4,145 bases of DNA, from the IMG/VR virus record IMGVR_UViG_648276656_000001, positions 1 to 4,145 of that record. One strand, given 5' to 3'. The stretch is from a virus. Lineage: Duplodnaviria > Heunggongvirae > Uroviricota > Caudoviricetes. Positions 1-4,145 of this stretch are shown here, piece after piece. Position 1 is the stretch's first letter. Each line of letters opens with the position of its first letter. The notes below the pieces were generated by a model. That model worked only from the letters and a program-made list of their open reading frames with translations, had not been told where the DNA came from and ran no database searches. A program made the translations under genes and the position numbers.

Positions 1-23
1 CCAAAAACCCCCCAAAATAACAC

Positions 24-57
24 AAAAAAAAAACCCGCCATCAGGCGGTTTTGTGTT
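24..57. terminator. Bidirectional rho-independent terminator: A-run 24-33, GC stem CCGCC (35-39) / GGCGG (44-48) with 4-nt loop ATCA, then TTTTGTGTT (49-57)
   Basis: Seen directly: a perfect 5-bp GC stem flanked by A10 upstream and a T-run downstream. On the minus strand the stem is followed by ten U residues, so it should terminate the minus-strand operon; on the plus strand it is followed by UUUUGUGUU and could also stop a transcript entering from the left. Confidence 0.8.
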
Positions 58-60
58 CTT

Positions 61-382
61 TCAGTTCTTCAATTCGAATATTGGTTACTTCTGCATGTGC
101 TATCTGCGCCCATATCATCCAGTGGTTATAGCAGTCGTTGATGTCCTCGGCTTAGATAACTCTGTTGAATGGTTCTCCATTCCATTCACCTGTGACTCGA
201 AAGTGCATTTATCATCTCCATAAAACAAAACCCGCCGTAGCGAGTTCAGATAAAATAAATCCCCGCGAGTGCGAGGATTGTTAGTTGCGCTCTGCTGCTG
301 CCTTAGCCATTACCATATCCACCCAATTTCACCAGACATGATTCTCGCAATCACTATCATAACCAAAGTGATAATCACAACT
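61..382 (-). other. About 320-nt apparently non-coding 3' tail between the last CDS and the terminator
   Basis: No ORF with a credible start and SD on either strand; the longest candidates are 14-42 codons without an RBS. Contains small imperfect hairpins (e.g. AATCC-N12-GGATT at 258-279) and a second copy of the AAAACCCGCC motif (227-236) that also forms the 5' arm of the terminator (30-39). Confidence 0.4.
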
Positions 383-1033
383 TTAACTGGCGGAATTATT
401 CACCATCCTGCTCGGCGGTTCTGGTAGCGGCATCCAGTGGGTTACATTGCGGCTCTGCGTTTCGAAGAACTCCTCACCATTGCGGACAACATCAAAAAAC
501 TCACCGTTTCGATATTGCGCATAAAGAACGAATGCGCCATCACATAAAATAATTACGTGCTGACCATCATCCGGCATTCGCTCACTACAGCTTATCCAAC
601 TATCCGGAATTACCGGAGAGTTGCCGGGTTCTTTAATGTGCAAGCGAGGCTCACCATCTTTTGGTTCAGGCCACTGGCGTTCCATGTTGATCTTCAATTT
701 ATTTTCCATAGCAGCGGTAATTTCAGCATCACTGATACCAGCACGGCGCTGTGCATCCCACAACAGGAACTGCATATCAGCCCACTCGCTGAGATCGTCA
801 GGTTCGGCTGCGGCTTCCAGTGCCTCTTTTGAGAGGTGTTTCAGTGGACCAATGGGGCCAACGCAGCCAAATGTGGAGTCAGACCATTTGGCATGCTCGT
901 GGCGAATCTGTTCGCGTTCCAGCGATGCCAGTGCGATTTCATAAGCCCGACGCTCAATATTGTCTCGGACGTCCAGGCTGCCTATACGCTCTTTGATTTC
1001 TTTAATCAGTTCTTTGTCGGTGAAAGTGGTCAT
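383..1033 (-). CDS. MazG-like NTP pyrophosphohydrolase domain (DUF550-type, N-terminal) fused to a DUF551 domain (C-terminal); 216 aa
   Basis: ATG at 1033 is preceded by AAGGAG with a 6-nt spacer and lies 1 nt past the TGA of the upstream gene. The N-terminal half carries an all-alpha MazG-like signature (LSEWADMQFLLWDAQRRAGISDAEITAAMENKLKINMERQW; compare the EELADVL...LGID...KN.RR motif). The C-terminal half ends in the DUF551-like motif ...VTHWMPLPEPP. The track's longer version starting at 1156 overlaps the upstream gene by about 120 nt and has no SD. Domain names are from memory. Confidence 0.8.
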   Translation of the reverse strand: MTTFTDKELIKEIKERIGSLDVRDNIERRAYEIALASLEREQIRHEHAKWSDSTFGCVGPIGPLKHLSKEALEAAAEPDDLSEWADMQFLLWDAQRRAGISDAEITAAMENKLKINMERQWPEPKDGEPRLHIKEPGNSPVIPDSWISCSERMPDDGQHVIILCDGAFVLYAQYRNGEFFDVVRNGEEFFETQSRNVTHWMPLPEPPSRMVNNSAS

Positions 1034-1034
1034 A

Positions 1035-1637
1035 TCACTCTCCTTTAATGCGAATGCCAGCGGCGCGGATAGATTTCCATTGTTTCCACATTCGGTTGAA
1101 GTCTGTGCCTGATAAGGTTGCGTTACGGTATCCAGTTTCAGTACGCAATCCTTCAAGCGTCGATTTGGAGATACAAATTGAATGCATTACCCATGATTCA
1201 AACAAATCACGCTCCCGGGCTTCGCAACTTTGCTTACTCATCTCTTCGATACGTTCAGCCATCGCAGCACACTCTTCAAAGTTGCTTAATGCTTTTCGCT
1301 CCCATTCGGCGCATTGTTTTCCAAGCTCTGCAATCAGCTTGTCTTTGCCTTCCAGCTCAACGCGCAGCCTCCCAACCGTTAGCGCAATATCCTCGTTCTC
1401 CTGGTCGCGGCGTTTGATGTATTGCTGGTTTCTTTCCCGTTCATCCAGTAGTGCCAGCACGGTTTCTGGTCCGGCCAGAAATTTGAAGGCGTTGAGCGCA
1501 TCAATATCCACACCGTAATCTTTAAGTTCTTGTTCACTTAACAAATCATCATCAGCTGGCAACATTAACAGGCGTTCCATTGCTGGAATTGCACGTTCCG
1601 CCGCCTCACGCAGTGCCTGGTAATTAATTTCGCTCAC
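1035..1637 (-). CDS. Phage ead/Ea22-like coiled-coil protein (probable); 200 aa
   Basis: GTG start at 1637 is preceded by AAGGAGG with a 6-nt spacer and overlaps the upstream stop as GTGA. The N-terminus [16 protein letters not shown] resembles the conserved start of ead/Ea22-like prophage proteins, and the central region is rich in charged heptads (ERERNQQYIKRRDQENEDIALTVGRLRVELEGKDKLIAELGKQ). Family assignment is from memory. Confidence 0.7.
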   Translation of the reverse strand: MSEINYQALREAAERAIPAMERLLMLPADDDLLSEQELKDYGVDIDALNAFKFLAGPETVLALLDERERNQQYIKRRDQENEDIALTVGRLRVELEGKDKLIAELGKQCAEWERKALSNFEECAAMAERIEEMSKQSCEARERDLFESWVMHSICISKSTLEGLRTETGYRNATLSGTDFNRMWKQWKSIRAAGIRIKGE

Positions 1638-2077
1638 TGGTTGCCTCCTTTGCGAAGCTGTTCAGCAATACTTACGCATATCTCTGCGCCTCTAATCAGC
1701 CCCGGAACGTTCTTGTTTGGCCCAACTTCACCATCAACAAAATCAATCATCGCGTTACGAGCCATATCCACCCCCTGCGCCCGCACTTCCGCCAAGAAAG
1801 CGTCGGTAGCTGGCGTTTCGCTGTGGTGCAGGGCATCATTAATAATCATCGCAGCAACTCCGGCCTGCCCTGCATCCGTTACCGACACATGCTCAAGAGT
1901 TACGGCCATTGCGTGTTTCAGTCCGGCGTTCTCCGCCGCCAGCGCCGCGCACTTGGCCTCCGCTTCAGCAAATTTACGCACCAGATATTCAGCGTTTGTT
2001 TCGTTGACCTTTAAATCTCGTGGAATGCATTTACCTTTCAGAAATCCATCCATCTCAATTAGTGACATTTGTTTCAT
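1634..2077 (-). CDS. Hypothetical phage protein, 147 aa (153 aa if the upstream GTG at 2095 is used)
   Basis: ATG at 2077 overlaps the upstream stop as ATGA and is preceded by GGAG about 9 nt upstream. The ORF is long and uninterrupted on the operon strand, with an Ala/Glu-rich helical segment ([30 protein letters not shown]). I do not recognise a family. Confidence 0.7.
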   Translation of the reverse strand: MKQMSLIEMDGFLKGKCIPRDLKVNETNAEYLVRKFAEAEAKCAALAAENAGLKHAMAVTLEHVSVTDAGQAGVAAMIINDALHHSETPATDAFLAEVRAQGVDMARNAMIDFVDGEVGPNKNVPGLIRGAEICVSIAEQLRKGGNQ

Positions 2078-2238
2078 TTCTTCCCACTCCGCCACATTGC
2101 ATTCAGATATTTGTTGTCATTAACAGAGCCGAAACTATTTCTCTTAAGCAATTCCTCTCTCGATGGCATTGGCTTTACGCGTTGGCGAATAATCATTTCT
2201 GCCGGAAGAATGCTGGGATTGTATGCAAGTCCTCTCAT
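2074..2238 (-). CDS. Hypothetical small basic protein, 54 aa ([54 protein letters not shown])
   Basis: ATG at 2238 is preceded by GAGGA with a 7-nt spacer, and its TGA overlaps the ATG of the next gene (ATGA at 2077-2074). The track shows a longer 105-aa frame (2074..2391), but its 5' part overlaps the 98-aa gene out of frame and has no SD. The start is uncertain; ATG 2256 is an alternative. Confidence 0.45.
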   Translation of the reverse strand: MRGLAYNPSILPAEMIIRQRVKPMPSREELLKRNSFGSVNDNKYLNAMWRSGKK

Positions 2239-2248
2239 GGTAAATTCC

Positions 2249-2545
2249 TCAGTCATTACTGATAGCGCCATAGCGTGAGCGGTAATTACGCAGGCGCGGG
2301 TCGATATATTCAGGGAAGTGGGTATATGTGGCTTTGCGGAATGGTCGGATTGATGTCTGGTAAATTCGCTCGCGTTCTTCTTTCTCTGCAAGCCATATAC
2401 AATGGCGAAATTCCTTTTCCTCTTTCGTTTCCTGCGGTAGCGACATTATCAGGTCGTAGTTTTTTCTGAATTTATCCAGCACCTCCGATACGGAATTGCC
2501 GGAACAGCGGCGCGCGTCGTCCGCACCATACAGAGGCGCTGGCAT
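2249..2545 (-). CDS. Hypothetical phage protein, 98 aa, sitting where P22 carries abc (anti-RecBCD) genes
   Basis: ATG at 2545 is preceded by AAGGA with a 7-nt spacer, 23 nt downstream of the ssb-like stop. The ORF is complete on the operon strand. The protein is rich in charged residues ([23 protein letters not shown]). No family recognised. Confidence 0.7.
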   Translation of the reverse strand: MPAPLYGADDARRCSGNSVSEVLDKFRKNYDLIMSLPQETKEEKEFRHCIWLAEKEERERIYQTSIRPFRKATYTHFPEYIDPRLRNYRSRYGAISND

Positions 2546-2568
2546 AATGGAATCCTTATGTTGCTACT

Positions 2569-2952
2569 TTAGAAGGGAATTGAATCGTCGTATTCAGGAT
2601 GATTTTGATGATTGCTACTTTGCTGCTGTTGGCTGTTTCCTGAAGTTGCAAATCCAATCTTTGCATTCAGTAATTCAAGAGTGATTGATTGACCATTTTG
2701 CCCCTGATAAACATCAACCCTGATGTTTTCTCCGGTAATTTCTACAATGCCACCTTCAACAAGAACACTACGGTAGTAATCCGCTTGCGCTCCCGGCTTG
2801 GCAAATACAACGGCGCTGTAGTTTGTCCATTCTTTCTTTTTTGTCTGGCGATCGTAATACTGAACGCCAGCACGGATGTTGAATCCGATATTTTCCCCGG
2901 CCTGAAACTCTCTTGCGGGCTTGTTTAGTCTTACAGTAATCGAGTGTGCCAT
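2569..2952 (-). CDS. ssb: Phage single-stranded DNA-binding (SSB-like, OB-fold) protein with C-terminal acidic tip ...EYDDSIPF; 127 aa
   Basis: ATG at 2952 overlaps the erf stop as TAATG and has AGGAG about 10 nt upstream. The C-terminus DDSIPF matches the conserved SSB tip (E. coli SSB ends ...DFDDDIPF) and follows a Gln/Ser-rich linker (SGNSQQQQSSNHQNH). The core (KEWTNYSAVVFAK...VEITGENIRVDVYQGQNGQ) resembles the SSB OB-fold. The track's 157-aa version begins inside erf and is rejected. Confidence 0.85.
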   Translation of the reverse strand: MAHSITVRLNKPAREFQAGENIGFNIRAGVQYYDRQTKKKEWTNYSAVVFAKPGAQADYYRSVLVEGGIVEITGENIRVDVYQGQNGQSITLELLNAKIGFATSGNSQQQQSSNHQNHPEYDDSIPF

Positions 2953-3557
2953 TAAGCAGCCGCTCCTTCTAATTCGTCTCGTCTTATGTTGTAAACGTCC
3001 TGCGCTTTGTGCTGCTCCGGTGTGCCTTCGAGCATCTTCCACGCTTTGGCGAACGCCTGTTTAAGCTCTTCCACGGTGTTTTTCTGCATTGCTGCGTCAG
3101 TGAATGCTTTTAGAACCTGTCCAGGTGTAGGTGATGGTTTTGATTGCTTTGCTGCTGCGTTCTGCTGATGTTTATGCTCGTCGGTATCTGCATCTTTCGC
3201 ATCATCAATGCCGAATAAACCATTGAGGCAATACTTGCGTGCATAAGAGCTTGTAGCTCCCGTAACTTGTGCAGAATCCATTCCTTTCTTGCTTTCTTCC
3301 TCTCGTGCTAGTGCGGTTGCCGTATGACTGTTTTCGCCATCGGTGATAGTTGCCGTGGCTTTCACGTAATACCGATCACCAATCAACACAACTTCATCGC
3401 TGATTGATAAAAACAGACCATTCAGTAACGGCTTAACGCCTTCAAGAATGTCTTCGCAGCTTCTGTATTTATATTTACCGAATGAGTTGTACTGATTCTT
3501 TGGCGCGTTCAGATTCTCCTGAATAGCTGCCAGTCTTGCATAAAATTCTTTGCTCAT
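2952..3557 (-). CDS. erf: Erf-family single-strand annealing (essential recombination function) protein, P22 Erf-like; 201 aa
   Basis: The protein MSKEFYARLAAIQENLNAPKNQYNSFGKYKYRSCEDILEGVKPLL...IGDRYYVKATATITDGE...GATSSYARKYCLNGLFGIDD matches my memory of P22 Erf and the Erf family over the N-terminal DNA-binding domain. ATG at 3557 is used; the track's TTG-extended start at 3587 has no SD. The SD for the ATG is weak (GAGA). Confidence 0.9.
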   Translation of the reverse strand: MSKEFYARLAAIQENLNAPKNQYNSFGKYKYRSCEDILEGVKPLLNGLFLSISDEVVLIGDRYYVKATATITDGENSHTATALAREEESKKGMDSAQVTGATSSYARKYCLNGLFGIDDAKDADTDEHKHQQNAAAKQSKPSPTPGQVLKAFTDAAMQKNTVEELKQAFAKAWKMLEGTPEQHKAQDVYNIRRDELEGAAA

Positions 3558-3658
3558 ATGTTTGTTCTCAGAATGGACATGGCCCAAGGAAATAACGCTG
3601 ATTTAATACTTCGACTCGGGACAAATTAAGGCATACCCGCATTCCTTCGCGGTCGCCA

Positions 3659-3817
3659 TTATGGCGATACCAGAGAGCTTTCTGCGTGTACATGCGTCTC
3701 TGTAACTTGCTCTCCTTCACTGTGGTTGCAAGTGACATGAATATCTCCTTCGTTACCGATTAATTCTTTCATCTGACGAATGAATTCTTCGTCTGACCAG
3801 TTATCTGTAAAACTCAT
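3659..3817 (-). CDS. Small acidic hypothetical protein, 52 aa (MSFTDNWSDEEFIRQMKELIGNEGDIHVTCNHSEGEQVTETHVHAESSLVSP), in the position of P22 arf
   Basis: Hand translation. ATG at 3817 overlaps the Kil-like stop as ATGA, and its TAA overlaps a further ATG (TAATG at 3661-3657). There is no separate strong SD (AGGA lies directly against the ATG), so expression would rely on translational coupling. Not in the ORF track because it is under the length cutoff. Confidence 0.45.
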   Translation of the reverse strand: MSFTDNWSDEEFIRQMKELIGNEGDIHVTCNHSEGEQVTETHVHAESSLVSP

Positions 3818-3966
3818 TTCCTGCGATACCACGGAAGGTTGATAGCTGATTTCATCGCTTTATTTGCTTCAAGCCACATTTTTGAATCACCAATAAATCT
3901 GGCTATTACTGCTTTGTTTTGTGCCGCACGAAGCATCTGGTGATTAATGGCTATTTCATTGCGCAT
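3814..3966 (-). CDS. kil: Kil-like host cell-division inhibitor peptide, 50 aa (MRNEIAINHQMLRAAQNKAVIARFIGDSKMWLEANKAMKSAINLPWYRRK)
   Basis: Hand translation. ATG at 3966 is preceded by GGAGG with a 4-nt spacer; an alternative ATG at 3936 has no SD. The core motif IARFIGDSKMWLEA resembles my memory of lambda Kil (...IATFIGDEKMFREA...), and the gene lies between a cIII-like gene and erf as in lambda and P22. Overlaps the cIII-like ORF by 16 nt. Confidence 0.6.
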   Translation of the reverse strand: MRNEIAINHQMLRAAQNKAVIARFIGDSKMWLEANKAMKSAINLPWYRRK

Positions 3967-4085
3967 AACGCCTCCAGTTGTTTCTTTGCTGCTCTGATTA
4001 ATTGTTTAACTCGGCGTGATAATTCAGATTCGTGCGGGTAGAAAGCGGACATGACGCCGCTACCCGCGAGCTGAAAGTGCATCAT
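3951..4085 (-). CDS. cIII: CIII-like peptide (putative FtsH inhibitor that stabilises CII), 44 aa (MMHFQLAGSGVMSAFYPHESELSRRVKQLIRAAKKQLEALCAMK)
   Basis: Hand translation. ATG at 4085 has a very good SD (AAGGAG, 6-nt spacer). The central stretch P-x-ES-L-x-R-(I/V)-x-(K/R)-x-L...K+L is a predicted amphipathic helix resembling lambda CIII (PSESLLERITRKLRDGWKRLIDIL, from memory), and the gene sits immediately upstream of kil. Confidence 0.6.
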   Translation of the reverse strand: MMHFQLAGSGVMSAFYPHESELSRRVKQLIRAAKKQLEALCAMK

Positions 4086-4145
4086 GGGTAACTCCTTATA
4101 TTTGATTGCATAACGAAAACGCCTCGAGTGAAGCGTTATTGGTAT

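Noticed and set aside
95-223. 42-codon plus-strand ORF (MCYLRPYHPVV...) in the 3' tail
   Set aside because: No RBS, odd composition, and it lies between a terminator and the end of a convergent operon.
1034-1156. N-terminal extension of the MazG-like/DUF551 ORF to the ATG at 1156 (the 257-aa version in the track)
   Set aside because: The extension overlaps the 3' end of the upstream Ea22-like gene by about 120 nt in another frame and has no RBS, whereas the internal ATG at 1033 has a perfect AAGGAG SD and sits 1 nt after the upstream stop.
2239-2391. Full-length 105-aa frame 2074..2391
   Set aside because: Its 5' half overlaps the better-supported 98-aa gene (2249..2545) out of frame and has no SD. 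Only the distal 54 codons, which start after a GAGGA SD, are retained, and those with low confidence.
557-2928. Plus-strand ORFs from the six-frame track (557..832, 621..944, 836..1048, 1048..1518, 1118..1417, 1641..2123, 1823..2014, 2020..2262, 2069..2278, 2275..2469, 2496..2684, 2689..2928)
   Set aside because: All lie antisense to well-supported minus-strand genes, have no Shine-Dalgarno sequence upstream, and show the low-complexity Ser/Arg/Ala-rich composition typical of shadow ORFs. None resembles a known family.
2953-3042. N-terminal extension of the SSB-like ORF (the 157-aa version starting at 3042)
   Set aside because: The extra 30 codons lie inside erf in a different frame and are Arg/His-rich and non-protein-like. 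The ATG at 2952 has an AGGAG SD and a TAATG coupling junction.
3558-3587. TTG-initiated extension of Erf (MGHVHSENKH...)
   Set aside because: No SD upstream of the TTG. The Erf family begins at the MSKEFYARL-type N-terminus corresponding to ATG 3557.
3603-3659. 18-codon ORF (MATAKECGYALICPESKY) starting at the TAATG junction after the 52-aa ORF
   Set aside because: Too short, no independent support, and no recognisable motif. It may simply reflect the palindrome at this position.
4098-4145. Possible stem-loop upstream of cIII (AACGC-N10-GCGTT at 4118-4137, containing a CTCGAG palindrome) followed on the minus strand by UUCGUU
   Set aside because: The stem is only 5 bp with a 10-nt loop and a poor U-tract, so it is not a convincing terminator. 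It could be an mRNA processing or structure element but cannot be supported from sequence alone, and the window ends before the upstream context is visible.
1-4145. CRISPR arrays, tRNA or rRNA genes, IS elements, transposase or integrase
   Set aside because: No regularly spaced direct repeats, no tRNA-like cloverleaf signatures, and no ORF resembling a transposase or integrase were seen. The window is an internal segment of a phage early operon.

Overview
This 4,145-bp window reads as the early-left (PL-type) operon of a lambdoid, P22-like phage or prophage from an enterobacterium, and every gene I can support is on the minus strand (transcribed from high to low coordinates). In transcription order: a CIII-like peptide (4085..3951), a Kil-like peptide (3966..3814), a 52-aa acidic ORF in the position P22 arf occupies (3817..3659), an Erf-family annealing protein (3557..2952), an SSB-like protein ending in DDSIPF (2952..2569), three hypothetical small proteins of 98, 54 and 147 aa (2545..1634), an ead/Ea22-like coiled-coil protein (1637..1035), and a MazG-like (DUF550) plus DUF551 fusion (1033..383). 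A roughly 320-bp tail with no convincing ORF follows, ending in a strong bidirectional rho-independent terminator (about 24..57). Genes are tightly packed with stop/start overlaps and Shine-Dalgarno sites inside the upstream gene. The three smallest early genes are absent from the supplied ORF track and were found by hand translation. I found no tRNA, rRNA, CRISPR array, transposase or integrase. Family assignments for Kil, CIII, DUF550/DUF551 and Ea22 rest on remembered motifs and gene order, not on any search, and the plus-strand ORFs in the track look like antisense shadows. The most promising places for something undescribed are the unknown ORFs sitting where P22 carries its anti-RecBCD genes, and the MazG-like fusion at the end of the operon.
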